Assembly: GCA_963827755.1 (NCBI GenBank)
Contig: CAWHCQ010000040.1
Span: 1-64,000, forward strand
Source of the DNA: an uncultured Gammaproteobacteria bacterium
GTDB taxonomy: Bacteria > Pseudomonadota > Gammaproteobacteria > UBA9214
Direction: 5' to 3'
Length of the DNA stretch: 64,000 nt
Both the position numbers and the translations under genes were made by a program. Positions 34,475 to 47,719 of the stretch are shown here, piece by piece; the stretch's first letter is position 1, and the number at the start of each line of letters is the position of its first letter. The notes beneath the pieces are model-generated. The model was not told the origin of the DNA, did not search any database, and saw nothing but the letters and a program-made list of their open reading frames with translations.

Positions 34475-35257
34475 ATGCTCAACCGACTGACAATACTCAT
34501 TCCTTGCCTGGCGCTCTTCACCGCTTGCGCCACCTCGCCCACCGGCCGTTCGCAACTGGTACTCATGCCGGACAGCCAGATGGAGCAGATGGGCCTGCAG
34601 GCATTTACCAACATCAAGGGCAAGACACCCGTGGAAAGCAACCGCACCACCAACAGTTACGTGCAATGCGTGGGCAATGCCATTATCCGCGAGGTGGGCG
34701 GCAGCTGGGAGATCGTGGTATTCAAGGACGATTCCGCCAATGCGTTTGCCCTGCCGGGCCGCAAGATCGGGGTCAATACCGGCCTGCTCAAGGTGGCCGA
34801 AAACCAGCACCAGCTGGCGACAGTCATCGGCCATGAAGTAGCGCATGTGCTGGCCCAGCATTCCAATGAACGCGTCTCGCAGAAGTTTGCCGTCGAGCAG
34901 GGACTCGGCCTGATCAATGCCATCGCCAGCCCGTCGACCGCCACGGGACAAACCCTGATGGGTCTGCTCGGCGTGGGTGCCGAGTACGGCGTGCTGCTGC
35001 CGTACGGCCGCATCCAGGAGAGCGAGGCCGACATCCTGGGGCTGGACCTGATGGCCAAGGCCGGCTTCGACCCGCGCGAGAGTGTCAAGTTGTGGGTCAA
35101 CATGGGCCGCGCCAACAAGGGCCAGCCGCCGGAGTTCCTCTCCACCCACCCGTCCCACAGCACGCGCATCAGCGACCTGAATGCGCGCATACCCGCCGCG
35201 CTGAACCTGCAGCGCACGGCCATGCAGCAGGGCAAGCGGCCGGCGTGCAGCGGCTAG
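34475..35257 (+). CDS. M48 family metallopeptidase lipoprotein
   Basis: Lipobox FTAC, NAFALPG, HEVAH zinc motif, ESEAD and FLSTHP. Confidence 0.92.
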   Translation: MLNRLTILIPCLALFTACATSPTGRSQLVLMPDSQMEQMGLQAFTNIKGKTPVESNRTTNSYVQCVGNAIIREVGGSWEIVVFKDDSANAFALPGRKIGVNTGLLKVAENQHQLATVIGHEVAHVLAQHSNERVSQKFAVEQGLGLINAIASPSTATGQTLMGLLGVGAEYGVLLPYGRIQESEADILGLDLMAKAGFDPRESVKLWVNMGRANKGQPPEFLSTHPSHSTRISDLNARIPAALNLQRTAMQQGKRPACSG

Positions 35258-35302
35258 AACCGGTCACGCTTGATAAATCCCGTCTGGACCCGGGGCGGGC
35301 GC

Positions 35303-38300
35303 TTATTGATCCGGGGGTGGCGGCATGTCCGATGCCAGCCGCGCACCGGGAAAGCGCTGGCCGCTGCGTGTTGCCATCTCAATGTAGTCGTTCCACTTCT
35401 GGCGAATGTTGTGCTGGGCGAGTGCCATTAACTGTTCCGCTTCTTCAGGGTTGTTGAGCTTCAGCGAACGGTAGCGCAGCTCGTGTTCGGCGTATTCGCT
35501 GAAGTCGATGCGCGGCCGCTGTGAATCCAGCACAAAGGGGTTCTCCCCGGAGATGCGCACATCCGGGTTGTACCGCATCAACGGCCAATGCGCGCAGTCG
35601 ACAGCACGGCGTTGCTGCAGCAGGCCTTCCTGCATGTTGATGCCGTGGGCAATGCAATGGCTGTAGGCGAGGATCAGCGATGGCCCCTTGTAGGCCTCGG
35701 CCTCGCGGAATGCGAGCAGCGTCTGTTGCGGGTTGGCGCCCATGGCAACCCGCGCCACGTAGACGTTACCATAGGAAATCGCCTGCAGGGCCAGGTCTTT
35801 CTTGGCGACATGCTTGCCATTGTTGGCGAACTTGGCGACCGCACCCAGCGGCGTGGCCTTGGACATCTGCCCGCCGGTGTTGGAATAAACCTCGGTGTCG
35901 AGCACCAGGATATTCACGTCACGGCCGCTGCTGAGCACGTGGTCCAGCCCGGCGGACCCGATATCGTAGGCCCAGCCGTCGCCGCCGACGATCCAGACAC
36001 TGCGGCGCACCAGGTACTCGACAACCGACAGCAGGTTGGTGGCGCGTTCATCGTTCATCGCCTGCAACTGTTCCTTGAGGCGATCGACGCGGGAGCGCTG
36101 CGCCCAGATTTGCGAGGTACGCACCTGTTGGGCCGCCAGCAATTCATCCACCAGCTCCGCATCAACCACGCCGCGCAGGCCGGACAACAGGTCGCGCGCC
36201 AGCAACGTGTGCTGGTCCGCGGTCAGGCGAAAACCGAAACCGAATTCGGCATTGTCCTCGAACAGCGAATTCGACCAGGCCGGGCCACGGCCGCGGCTGT
36301 TCTGCGTCCACGGCGTGGTCGGCAGGTTGCCGCCATAGATCGAGGAACAACCGGTGGCATTGGCGACCACCAGCCGGTCACCGAACAACTGCGACAGCAG
36401 CTTGATATAAGGGGTTTCGCCGCACCCGGCGCAGGCGCTGGGAAACTCGAACAGCGGGTGCAGGTACTGCACGCCGCGCACCGTGGAAAAATCGACCCGG
36501 GTGCGCTCGATATAGGGAATCGCATCGAAGAACTCGATATTGGCCCGCTCGGCCGCCAGCAGCGGCAGCTTGTCCTGCATGTTGATGGCCCTGCGTGTGC
36601 TTACATCGGGATCAGTGACCGGACATACCTCTACGCACAGGCCGCAGCCGGTACAGTCTTCGACATACACCTGCAGGGTATAGCGCGTCCCGGGCAGGCC
36701 GCGTGCATCGATGGGTGATGACTTGAACGTCGCCGGTGCATTCTCCAGCAGCGGCTGGTCGTAGAACTTGGAACGGATCACGCTGTGCGGGCAAACGAAG
36801 CTGCAGTTGCCGCACTGGATACACAGGTCCTCCTCCCACACCGGCACGCTTGGCGAGACGTTGCGCTTCTCCCATTGCGTGGTGCCGGTCGGGTAGGTGC
36901 CGTCAACCGGCAGCATGCTCACCGGGATGTCGTCACCCTGACCGGCCATCATCATGGCCGTCACTCGGCGCACGAATTCCGGCGCCTGCGCCGGCACCAC
37001 CGGCGGCAGTTCGCGCACACTGCTGACCTGCGCCGGCACCTTGACCGGGTGGAGATTGGCCAGCGACTGGTCGACGGCCTGAAAATTCTTCGCGACGACC
37101 TCCTCGCCTTTGCGCCCGTAGGTCTTGCGAATCGCGCCCTTGATGCGCTCGATGGCTTCCGCTTTCGGCAACACGCCGGAAATCGCGAAAAAGCAGGTCT
37201 GCATGACGGTATTGATACGCCCGCCCATACCGCTGTCGCGCGCCACCCTGTCGGCATCGATCACGTAGAAGGCGAGGTGCCTGTCAATGATGCGTTGCTG
37301 TACGCTGCGCGGCAGCTGGTCCCATATCTCGTCCGGGCCATAGGGCGCATTCAACAGGAAGGTGGCGCCGTCTTCCGCCTGGCGCAGCACATCCGCCTTC
37401 TCGAGGAAATTGTACTGGTGACAGGCGATGAAATTGGCCGACTGGATCAGGTAGGGTGCATGAATGGGCTGCGGACCGAAACGCAGGTGCGAGACCGTCT
37501 GCGAACCGGACTTCTTCGAATCGTAGACAAAGTAGGCCTGGGCATAAGAATGCCGGGTCCGAGCCGATGATCTTGATACTGTTCTTGTTGGCGCCGACCG
37601 TCCCGTCCGCGCCCAGGCCGAAGAACATGGCGCGTATCGATGCGCCCGAACCGATGATGAAATCGGGATCGTATTCCAGGCTGGTGTGGCTGACATCGTC
37701 ATTGATACCGACGGTAAAGTGATTGCGCGGCTGCGCCCTGTCGAGCTCGTCGAACACCGCCTTGACCATCGCCGGGGTGAATTCCTTGGAGGACAGCCCA
37801 TAGCGGCCGCCGATCACCCGCGGCAACTGCGGCTGCGGCCATTGCCCGCCGGCCTGCGCCTCGACCAGCGCGGCGATGATGTCCATGTACAGCGGTTCGC
37901 CGGTGGCACCGGGTTCCTTGCAGCGATCGAGCACGGCGATGGCGCGCACCGAGGCCGGCAGTACCGCGATAAAATGCGCAATCGAAAACGGCCGTAACAG
38001 GTGCACGGCCACCACGCCCAGCTTCTCACCCTGCCGGTTGAGGTGATCGACCGTCTCGCGCACCGTCTCGACGCCCGAACCCATGAGGACGACAATCCGC
38101 TCGGCATCTTCGGCGCCGTGGTAGTCGAACAGGCGGTATTGCCGGCCGCTCAATTCAGCAAAGCGATCCATGGCCGCCTCGACGATAGCCGGCGTGCGGG
38201 CGTAATACGGGTTGACGGTCTCGCGCGCCTGGAAGTAGATATCCGGATTCTGCGCCGTGCCGCGCATGCAGGGTGTATTGGGATCGAGTCCGCGCGCGCG

Positions 38301-38915
38301 GTGTGCCAGCACCAGGTCCTCGCGGATCATGGCGCGTATCTGCGCATCCGTGATCAACGTCAGCTTGTTGATTTCGTGCGAGGTGCGAAAGCCGTCGAAG
38401 AAATGCACGAACGGCACACGCGCCTCCAGGGTCGCGGTCTGCGCGATCAGCGCCAGGTCGTGGGCCTCCTGCACCGAGTTCGATACCAGTTGCGCAAACC
38501 CGGTGGAGCGCACCGCCATGACATCGGAATGATCACCGAATATCGACAGGCCCTGCGCCGCCAGCGAGCGCGCCGCCACGTGGATCACCGCCGGGCTGAG
38601 CTCGCCGGCGATCTTGTACATGTTGGGGATCATCAGCAGCAGCCCCTGCGAGGCGGTGAAGGTGGTCGCCAGCGCGCCGGTCTGCAGGGCGCCGTGAAAG
38701 GCACCGGCCACACCGCCCTCGCTCTGCATCTCCACCACCTGCGGCACGCAGCCCCAGATATTGGTGCGCCCTTCCGAGGCCCACTGGTCGGCCAGCTCAC
38801 CCATGGTGGTCGACGGCGTGATCGGGTAGATGGCACAGACCTCGTTGCAGCGGAACGCCACCGAGGCAGCCGCCTCGTTGCCGTCCATAAGCACGATCGT
38901 TTACGGATCATTCAT
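35303..38915 (-). CDS. nifJ: Pyruvate:ferredoxin/flavodoxin oxidoreductase (frameshift near 37550; start uncertain)
   Basis: DGNEAAA, YPITPS, EMQSEGG, GADGTVGANK, YDSKKSG, two CxxCxxCxxxCP motifs, ACAGCGE and GGDGWAYDIG. Confidence 0.93.
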
Positions 38916-40549
38916 AGCGCGGGCTCCGCAATCATTTGGATCGCGTGACACGGACACTGCTCGAAGCAGACCGCGCAGCCGGTACACAAATCATAGTCAT
39001 AGCGGTAGCGCTTGCCCTTGCCGAGCTTGATCACGGCGTCTTCCGGGCAGGACCCGAAGCAGCCGTCGCACTCGAAGCAGTTGCCGCAGGACAGGCAGCG
39101 CTGCGCCTCGAACAGGGCCTGCTCCTCGCCAAACCCCTGGACCACTTCCTCGAAGCCACGGGCGCGCTGTTCGCCCTGCAAATGCAGCTGCGGGCGCTGC
39201 GCGGCATCGGTGAAATACCAGAGATTCATTTTTTCGAAATTGACCACCTCGTGCTGCAGCGGCTTTTCATACTGTTCACCGCGCAGCCAGGCGTCGATAT
39301 GCCGCGCCGCCTTTTTCCCATGGCCGACCGCCACGGTGACAGTGCGTTCCGACGGCACCATGTCGCCACCGGCGAAAATACCGGCATGTCCGGTCATCAT
39401 ACGTTCGTCCACCAGCACGGTACCGTCTGACTTGAACTCGATATCCGTGACCCGCTGCATGAAACCGGTGTCGACATTCTGGCCCAGCGCCATGATCAGC
39501 GAATCGACCTCGAGGGTTTCGAACTTCCCGGTCGGCTGCGGGCGACCGTTCGCATCGACCTCCATGACCTCCACGGTGAAATGCGTCTGGTCTATCTCGG
39601 TGATGGTACGCAGCCAGTGGATTTTCACACCCTCTTCCAGCGCCTCGCTGGCCTCGAAGTCATGCGCCGGCATGTGTTCGCGGTCACGCCGGTAGATGAT
39701 CAGCGCCTCGTCTGCACCGAGGCGCTTGGCGACGCGTGCCGCGTCCATGGCGGTGTTGCCGCCACCGTAGACCGCCACGCGGCGGCCCAGTTTCGGCGCG
39801 CTCCCTGCCTCAACCTCGCGCAGGAAACTGACCGCATCGAGCATCTTGCCGGCGTCGCGCGCCGGGATATCGATGCGCTTGCTGAGGTGTGCACCAATCG
39901 CGACAAACACCGCGTCAAAACCTCCGGCCTGCTGCTCGGCCAACAGGTCTTCGACCTTGTGATTGAGGACGATGTTGACGCCCATCTCCTCGATGCGGCG
40001 AATATCCGCATCGAGGTCCTTGCGCGGCAGCCGGTAGGCGGGAATGCCGAAATGCATCATGCCACCCGCGAGTGGCCCGGCATCACGGATCTCGACACTG
40101 TGGCCGAGGCGCGCCAGCTGCCAGGCCGCGGACAGGCCGCTGGGACCGGCCCCCACGACGAGGATTTTCCTGCCACTGGCGGCCGCCGTGCTGTCGATCT
40201 TCCAGCCCAGCTCGTTGGCGCGGTCACCCAGAAACCGCTCCACCGCGTGGATACTCACCGTTTCGTCGAGCATGCCGCGGTTACAACTGTCTTCGCAGGG
40301 GTGGTAACAGACCCGGCCATGGACCGCCGGCAGGGGATTGTCGGCGACCAGCGTCTCCCAGGCCTGCCTGAATTCGCCTGCCTGGGCATGCGCCAGCCAG
40401 GCCTGGATATTCTCCCCGGCCGGGCAGGCGTGATTGCAGGGTGGCAGCATGTCCACGTACACGGGGCGCTGCACGCGCCGCTGCTGACCGATCCGCTTTT
40501 CGTGGGTCAGGTCCAGCGTGCGGGTCATATCACTGGGTTTTCTACTCAT
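38912..40549 (-). CDS. FAD/NAD(P)-dependent Fe-S oxidoreductase with GltD/DsrL-like architecture
   Basis: PPCNHACPAG and GRVCYHPCE..C N-terminal clusters, GAGPSG, GGGNTAMD, YRR, and C-terminal CLSCGNCFECDGC and CTGCAVCFEQCP. Confidence 0.88.
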   Translation of the reverse strand: MSRKPSDMTRTLDLTHEKRIGQQRRVQRPVYVDMLPPCNHACPAGENIQAWLAHAQAGEFRQAWETLVADNPLPAVHGRVCYHPCEDSCNRGMLDETVSIHAVERFLGDRANELGWKIDSTAAASGRKILVVGAGPSGLSAAWQLARLGHSVEIRDAGPLAGGMMHFGIPAYRLPRKDLDADIRRIEEMGVNIVLNHKVEDLLAEQQAGGFDAVFVAIGAHLSKRIDIPARDAGKMLDAVSFLREVEAGSAPKLGRRVAVYGGGNTAMDAARVAKRLGADEALIIYRRDREHMPAHDFEASEALEEGVKIHWLRTITEIDQTHFTVEVMEVDANGRPQPTGKFETLEVDSLIMALGQNVDTGFMQRVTDIEFKSDGTVLVDERMMTGHAGIFAGGDMVPSERTVTVAVGHGKKAARHIDAWLRGEQYEKPLQHEVVNFEKMNLWYFTDAAQRPQLHLQGEQRARGFEEVVQGFGEEQALFEAQRCLSCGNCFECDGCFGSCPEDAVIKLGKGKRYRYDYDLCTGCAVCFEQCPCHAIQMIAEPAL

Positions 40550-40643
40550 ATATTCAGCACCATTACATCAGGCCACACTAAAAAGGTTGATACAGCAACA
40601 AGGTGTAGTGGATGCATTATTCATCCTTTTGCCCGATATCCAC

Positions 40644-40657
40644 ATGATCTCGGTCAA
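40644..40657 (-). promoter_or_regulatory. FNR-type box upstream of the flavoprotein-PFOR operon
   Basis: TTGAC-CGAG-ATCAT (8/10 match to TTGAT-N4-ATCAA), with AATAAT at 40621-40616 where a class II -10 is expected. Confidence 0.55.
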
Positions 40658-40658
40658 C

Positions 40659-42387
<1,729 letters not shown>

Positions 42388-42482
42388 CTACAACCGGGAC
42401 CATGCCGGCGGGTAAGATAGCGGCAACGCCATCAATCCAGCCATATCCAACACATAACGCAGCGGAGCACGGCAATTCACTG

Positions 42483-42995
42483 ATGCAGGTACAAACCACC
42501 CCGGAAGACCACCGAATCGCCTGGCTTACGGCGCTGGCGATCAGCATTCACCTGCTGGAAAGCGCCTTTCCCTCGCCGTTGCCCGGCTTCAAGCCGGGAC
42601 TCGCCAATGTCATTACCATTGTTGTCCTGATCCAGTTTGGCTGGCGGACCGCCGCCTGGGTGAGCCTGTTGCGGGTGCTGTGCGGCAGCCTGATACTGGG
42701 CACCTTTCTCACGCCCGGCTTTCTCCTCAGCCTCGGCGGCGCCGTCTGCAGCCTCGCGGTCCTCTGGCTCGGCAGCCGTCTGCCCGGCGAGGGCTTTGGC
42801 CCGGTCGGTTACAGCGTGCTGGCGGCGCTGGCTCACATGACCGGGCAATTTACGATTGCATGGCTGCTGTTTGTCCCGCACCCGGCATTGTGGCGCCTGT
42901 TTCCGGTTCTGCTGACAGCGGCACTGCTGTTTGGATGCTTTAGCGGTATAATTGCCCGTGCAATGTGTCGCCGCCGGTTATTATGCAAAACGTAA
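42483..42995 (+). CDS. Gx transporter / heptaprenyl diphosphate synthase component I family membrane protein
   Basis: ESAFPSPLPGFKPGLAN, SLLRV and AHMTGQ motifs. Confidence 0.85.
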   Translation: MQVQTTPEDHRIAWLTALAISIHLLESAFPSPLPGFKPGLANVITIVVLIQFGWRTAAWVSLLRVLCGSLILGTFLTPGFLLSLGGAVCSLAVLWLGSRLPGEGFGPVGYSVLAALAHMTGQFTIAWLLFVPHPALWRLFPVLLTAALLFGCFSGIIARAMCRRRLLCKT

Positions 42996-43840
42996 ATACC
43001 CCCTTGCTGGAAGAGTCGACTGTAACAGCCACCGACCGCCTGGCGCTGACCCTGTTTTTTGCACTGGTCATCCACGCCATGATTATCCTGGGAATAACCT
43101 TCGGCACGCATGAAAACCCGCCACCCCGGCATGAGCTGCCGACGCTGGATATCACCATCTCCACGCGCAACACACCACCGCCGGAGGAAGCCGATTACCT
43201 CGCGCAAACCAGCCAGGATGGCGGCGGCAACGTCAGCGAAAAAATTAAACCGACCATGGCTATTCCGGAGATGGCGCCGAATATCGCTCCGCAACAACCC
43301 GTATATGTGCCCACGCAGATCATCACCGCGCAGGAAGCCGCGATCGAGGTCATCCAGGAACAGCAGGAAATACCTGAAATAGAAGAACCGGACATTACAG
43401 CCACCGAGCTGATCGAGCGCAGCATGGAAATGATCAACCTGAGCGAACAAATCAGCCAGTCAATGCAGGCCTATGCACAACGTCCAAGGCAGGATTTTGT
43501 ATCGGCCCGCACCCAGGAATACAAGTACGCGAATTACATGAGCGAGTGGGTGAAGAAAGTTGAACGTGTCGGCAACCTCAACTACCCGGATGCCGCGAGA
43601 CGCAAGAATATCTCCGGAAGCCTGATGATGGACGTGGCCCTGAATACCGACGGCACGGTACATGAAATCAACATTCTGCGTCCATCCGGTGAACCCATCA
43701 TTGACGAGGCTGCCAAGCGGATCGTCAGGATGGCTGCGCCCTATGCACCGTTTCCACCCGAAATCCTTGAAAATACCGACATCCTGCACATAACGCGCAC
43801 ATGGGAGTTTTCGTCATCCAACCAGTTGAGCAGCCGTTAA
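42983..43840 (+). CDS. tonB: Energy transducer TonB family protein (TonB3-like)
   Basis: N-terminal TM with His, ADYLAQ..QDGGG, ERVGNLNYP and ITRTWEF; sits before algH-ruvX. Confidence 0.82.
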   Translation: MQNVNTPLLEESTVTATDRLALTLFFALVIHAMIILGITFGTHENPPPRHELPTLDITISTRNTPPPEEADYLAQTSQDGGGNVSEKIKPTMAIPEMAPNIAPQQPVYVPTQIITAQEAAIEVIQEQQEIPEIEEPDITATELIERSMEMINLSEQISQSMQAYAQRPRQDFVSARTQEYKYANYMSEWVKKVERVGNLNYPDAARRKNISGSLMMDVALNTDGTVHEINILRPSGEPIIDEAAKRIVRMAAPYAPFPPEILENTDILHITRTWEFSSSNQLSSR

Positions 43841-43895
43841 CTATATATATTAAGAGAGGCTTGATAGGGGCCGGACACTGCCTGATACTACAGAA

Positions 43896-44459
43896 ATGGA
43901 CGAAAACACTTCATTAAGCAACCACTTCCTCATCGCAATGCCGACGCTGGATGACCCGAATTTTCATCACACCACGACCTATATCTGTGAACACAATGAA
44001 GACGGCGCACTTGGTGTTGTCATCAACCGCCCCCTGGAAATACAACTCGGGGAAATCCTCCGGCACATGGACATAGCGACAGATATCGAGGCCGTTAACA
44101 AGCAGACGGTGTACATGGGCGGGCCAGTGCAGAGTGACCGCGGTTTCGTACTGCACGAGCCGGTCGGTACCTGGGAAGCAACACTCAAGGTCACGGACAC
44201 GATTGGCATTACTTCCTCGCGGGATATCCTCGCCGACATCGCCAAAGGGGAAGGCCCCGAACACGCCATCATCACCCTCGGCTATGCCGGCTGGGGCGCC
44301 GGCCAGCTTGAACAGGAACTCGCCGAAAATACCTGGCTCAGCGGCCCGGCCAGTTCCCGCATTGTGTTCGAGACACCCAGCGAGCAACGCTGGCTGGCAG
44401 CTGCGGCACTGCTTGGCATTGACCTCAACCTGATGTCCAGCGATACAGGGCATGCCTGA
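43896..44459 (+). CDS. algH: YqgE/AlgH family protein
   Basis: FLIAMP, GGPV..DRGFVLH and LGYAGWGAGQLE motifs. Confidence 0.92.
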   Translation: MDENTSLSNHFLIAMPTLDDPNFHHTTTYICEHNEDGALGVVINRPLEIQLGEILRHMDIATDIEAVNKQTVYMGGPVQSDRGFVLHEPVGTWEATLKVTDTIGITSSRDILADIAKGEGPEHAIITLGYAGWGAGQLEQELAENTWLSGPASSRIVFETPSEQRWLAAAALLGIDLNLMSSDTGHA

Positions 44460-44509
44460 ATAATGGCAATGACAGCCTTGCACGCCGGCACGTGGCAGGT
44501 TGAATAGCC

Positions 44510-44917
44510 TTGCAGACGCTGTTGGGATTTGACTTCGGGGAGAAACATATCGGCATCGCCGTTGGACAGCAGGTCACAGGAACGGCGACCGCCATTTGCA
44601 CGCTGCACTCCCGTGAGGGTAAACCAGACTGGGATGGCATCTCCGCCCTGGTAGACGAATGGCAACCGGATGCCCTGGTTGTCGGACTGCCGCTGCATGC
44701 AGATGACCGGGAATCGGAAACCTCACTGGCCGCCCGCAGGTTTGCACGCCAGCTGGAAGGACGTTTCCGCCTGGCGGTGCACACCATGGACGAACACCTG
44801 AGTTCTCACGCTGCCGCGGAACTGCAGGGCGTGGACAGGAAAGCGGCTACAACCGGGATCGATGCCATCGCCGCACGGATAATCCTGCAGAACTGGCTGG
44901 AAACGCACAAGACATGA
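44510..44917 (+). CDS. ruvX: Pre-16S rRNA nuclease RuvX/YqgF
   Basis: LGFDFGEKHIGIAVG, VVGLP, DEHLSS and IDAIAA motifs. Confidence 0.92.
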   Translation: MQTLLGFDFGEKHIGIAVGQQVTGTATAICTLHSREGKPDWDGISALVDEWQPDALVVGLPLHADDRESETSLAARRFARQLEGRFRLAVHTMDEHLSSHAAAELQGVDRKAATTGIDAIAARIILQNWLETHKT

Positions 44918-45420
44918 ATGACATCGACAACGTCCCGGCCATCATCGACGACATGGCCGCGCAACTCGGCTCGCTGATGAACACCCGCGGCTATGCTGAC
45001 CCGGCAATGGTCGGCATTCATACCGGCGGCGTCTGGATTGCAAGGCTGCTGCATGCAAGGCTTGGCATCAATGACCCGCTGGCCAGCCTGGATATCGCCT
45101 TCTACCGTGATGACTTCACCCGTATAGGCATGAACCCGGTGGTACAACCCTCGCAACTGCCCTTCAGCATTGACGACCGGCACATCATTATCGTCGATGA
45201 CGTGCTGCATACCGGCCGCACCATTCGCGCGGCAATGAATGAACTGTTTGACTACGGCAGGCCGGCGTCCATCACGCTGGCAACACTGATCGATCGCGGC
45301 GGACGCGAATTGCCGATCGAGGCAGCCGTGGTCGGGCGTCATGTCGAACTGGAACCCCGTCAGCACATCAAGCTGACGGGACCGGAGCCACTTGCACTGG
45401 AAATACAAACGACGGCATGA
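44914..45420 (+). CDS. pyrR: Bifunctional pyr regulator / uracil phosphoribosyltransferase
   Basis: [19 protein letters not shown] and DRGGRELPI motifs. Confidence 0.93.
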   Translation: MNDIDNVPAIIDDMAAQLGSLMNTRGYADPAMVGIHTGGVWIARLLHARLGINDPLASLDIAFYRDDFTRIGMNPVVQPSQLPFSIDDRHIIIVDDVLHTGRTIRAAMNELFDYGRPASITLATLIDRGGRELPIEAAVVGRHVELEPRQHIKLTGPEPLALEIQTTA

Positions 45421-46391
45421 ACCTCAAAAGCCTGCAAATCGATGACCAGGGACGCTTGCGTCATTTGCTCTGCATCAGCGGACTGACCAGGGAATTACTG
45501 ACCGGAATTCTCGACACGGCCGAATCGTTTGCCGGGGTTACCGAGCAATCGATCAAGAAAGTCCCGCTGCTGCGCGGCAAGACCATCACCAACCTGTTTT
45601 TCGAGGCCAGCACCCGCACCCGCACCACCTTCGAACTGGCCGCCAAACGACTCTCCGCCGATGTGCTCAATATCAATGTCAGCACATCCAGCGCCGTCAA
45701 GGGCGAGACCCTGCTCGATACATTGCGCAACCTGGAGGCCATGCATGTGGATATGTTCGTGGTCCGGCATGCCGACAGTGGTGCTGCCCATTTCATGGCC
45801 AGCAACGTCGCACCCCATATCAGCATCATCAACGCCGGTGACGGCAGCCATTCCCACCCGACACAGGCGCTGCTGGACATGTTTACCATACGCCGCGTCA
45901 AGGGACCCGACTTCGGACGCTTGCGTGTTGCCATTGTCGGCGACATTCTGCACTCGCGGGTTGCGCGCTCGCAGATCCATGCACTGAACATCCTCAATAC
46001 CGGCGAGGTTCGCATCGTTGCCCCGAAAACCCTCATCCCGCTGCAGGCGGAAACACTGGGCGCACATGTCTACCATGACCTGCGTGCCGGCATAAAGGAT
46101 GCCGATGTCATTATCATGCTACGCCTGCAGAATGAACGCATGCAGGGAGCGCTGCTGCCGAGCGAACATGAATACTTCGAGTTATTCGGTCTCACCGAGG
46201 AGAAGCTGGCCCACGCCAGTGCAGATGTAACCGTCATGCATCCCGGCCCGATCAACCGCGGCATCGAGATGGACTCGGAAGTCGCCGACGGCCCGCGCTC
46301 GGTCATCCTCGAGCAGGTGACACACGGCATTGCCGTGCGCATGGCGGTCATGTCCATGGCCATGCATCACCGGGAAGACAGGACGGCATAA
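45417..46391 (+). CDS. pyrB: Aspartate carbamoyltransferase catalytic subunit
   Basis: [21 protein letters not shown] and MHPGPINRG motifs. Confidence 0.96.
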   Translation: MNLKSLQIDDQGRLRHLLCISGLTRELLTGILDTAESFAGVTEQSIKKVPLLRGKTITNLFFEASTRTRTTFELAAKRLSADVLNINVSTSSAVKGETLLDTLRNLEAMHVDMFVVRHADSGAAHFMASNVAPHISIINAGDGSHSHPTQALLDMFTIRRVKGPDFGRLRVAIVGDILHSRVARSQIHALNILNTGEVRIVAPKTLIPLQAETLGAHVYHDLRAGIKDADVIIMLRLQNERMQGALLPSEHEYFELFGLTEEKLAHASADVTVMHPGPINRGIEMDSEVADGPRSVILEQVTHGIAVRMAVMSMAMHHREDRTA

Positions 46392-46396
46392 GGCTT

Positions 46397-47719
46397 ATGG
46401 GACGCTCCCGCACCAGTGACCCGAAAAGCATCCGCATCCACGGCGGCCGTGTCATAGACCCCGCGAATACTGTTGATGCAACACAGGATGTGTATATCGT
46501 CGACGGCAGGATCGCCGCCCTCGGCAAGGCCCCGCAGGGATTCAGGGCCGATCATGAAATCAATGCCGCCGGCTGTATCGTTTGCCCCGGACTGGTCGAC
46601 CTCAGCGCCCGGTTCCGCGAACCGGGCATGGAAAGAAAGGCAACCATCGCATCGGAGTCAAGCGCCGCGGCAAGCGCCGGCATCACCACGCTGTGCTGCC
46701 CGCCGGATACCGACCCGGTCATTGACACACCGGCCGTCGCCGAACTCATCCGGCTGCGCGCGGAGGCTGCCGGGAAAACCCGCCTGGTGACACTTGGCGC
46801 ACTGACCCTTGGCCTGGATGGTGAACAGTTAAGCGAAATGGCGGCACTCAAGCGGGCCGGGTGTGTCGGTGTCAGCAATGCGCTGCAGCCGCTTGCCAAC
46901 CCGCTGATACAACGCCGCGCGCTGGAATACGCGGCGACTTTCGACCTGACCGTGTTCCTCTATGCCAACGACCACTGGCTGGCCAATAACGGCTGCGCCC
47001 ACGAAGGCCGGGTGGCCGCACGCCTGGGTCTGCCCGGAATCCCCGAGGCAGCGGAGACCGCCGCCGTCGCCAGGGACCTGGCACTGATCGAGCAGACCGG
47101 CGTACGTGCACACTTCTGCCGGCTGACCACCGCCCGCGCCGCGCAGATGGTGGCACGCGCCCAGTTCGATGGCGTGCCGGTGACCGCCGATGTCGCCATA
47201 CCGTACCTCTACCTGTCAGAGGTCGACATCAGTGACTTCGACAGCCGCGCCCACCTGATTCCGCCATTGCGCACCACGGAAGACCGGCAACGCCTGCGCG
47301 AAGCGCTGCGACGCGGCACCTTCGCCGCCCTCTGTTCCGACCACCAACCGCATGAACCGGACGCCAAGCAGGGGCCGTTTCCGTCGACCGAACCGGGAAT
47401 ATCCGGGCTCGACACACTGCTGCCACTGGGACTGCGGCTGGTGGAAGAACAGGCAATCGAGCTGGTGGACCTGCTGCGCCGGCTGACGGCAGGACCTGCC
47501 GCCATCCTCGGCCTGCCCTGTGGCACACTCGCGGTCGATGCCAGTGCCGATGTCTGTATCTTCGATCCGGATCTGACCTGGCAACTGGATACAGGCAGCA
47601 TGCACAGCCGCTGTCACAACACGCCGTTCATGGGCTGGGAACTGAAGGGCCGGGTTAAACACACCCTGCTGGCCGGCAAGCCGGTTTATTCACTGGATGA
47701 CCATGTCGAGCAGCCGTAA
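46397..47719 (+). CDS. pyrC: Dihydroorotase-like subunit PyrC' (probably catalytically inactive)
   Basis: Dihydroorotase fold, but DLSARFREPG replaces the metal-binding HxH, as in Pseudomonas PyrC'. Confidence 0.85.
   Translation: MGRSRTSDPKSIRIHGGRVIDPANTVDATQDVYIVDGRIAALGKAPQGFRADHEINAAGCIVCPGLVDLSARFREPGMERKATIASESSAAASAGITTLCCPPDTDPVIDTPAVAELIRLRAEAAGKTRLVTLGALTLGLDGEQLSEMAALKRAGCVGVSNALQPLANPLIQRRALEYAATFDLTVFLYANDHWLANNGCAHEGRVAARLGLPGIPEAAETAAVARDLALIEQTGVRAHFCRLTTARAAQMVARAQFDGVPVTADVAIPYLYLSEVDISDFDSRAHLIPPLRTTEDRQRLREALRRGTFAALCSDHQPHEPDAKQGPFPSTEPGISGLDTLLPLGLRLVEEQAIELVDLLRRLTAGPAAILGLPCGTLAVDASADVCIFDPDLTWQLDTGSMHSRCHNTPFMGWELKGRVKHTLLAGKPVYSLDDHVEQP

Noticed and set aside
38912-40549. 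Calling the flavoprotein gltD or dsrL
   Set aside because: No gltB or dsr genes are adjacent; domain architecture alone does not fix the function.
46397-47719. Dihydroorotase lacking metal ligands as a novelty
   Set aside because: An inactive PyrC' partnered with PyrB is established in Pseudomonas-type ATCases.
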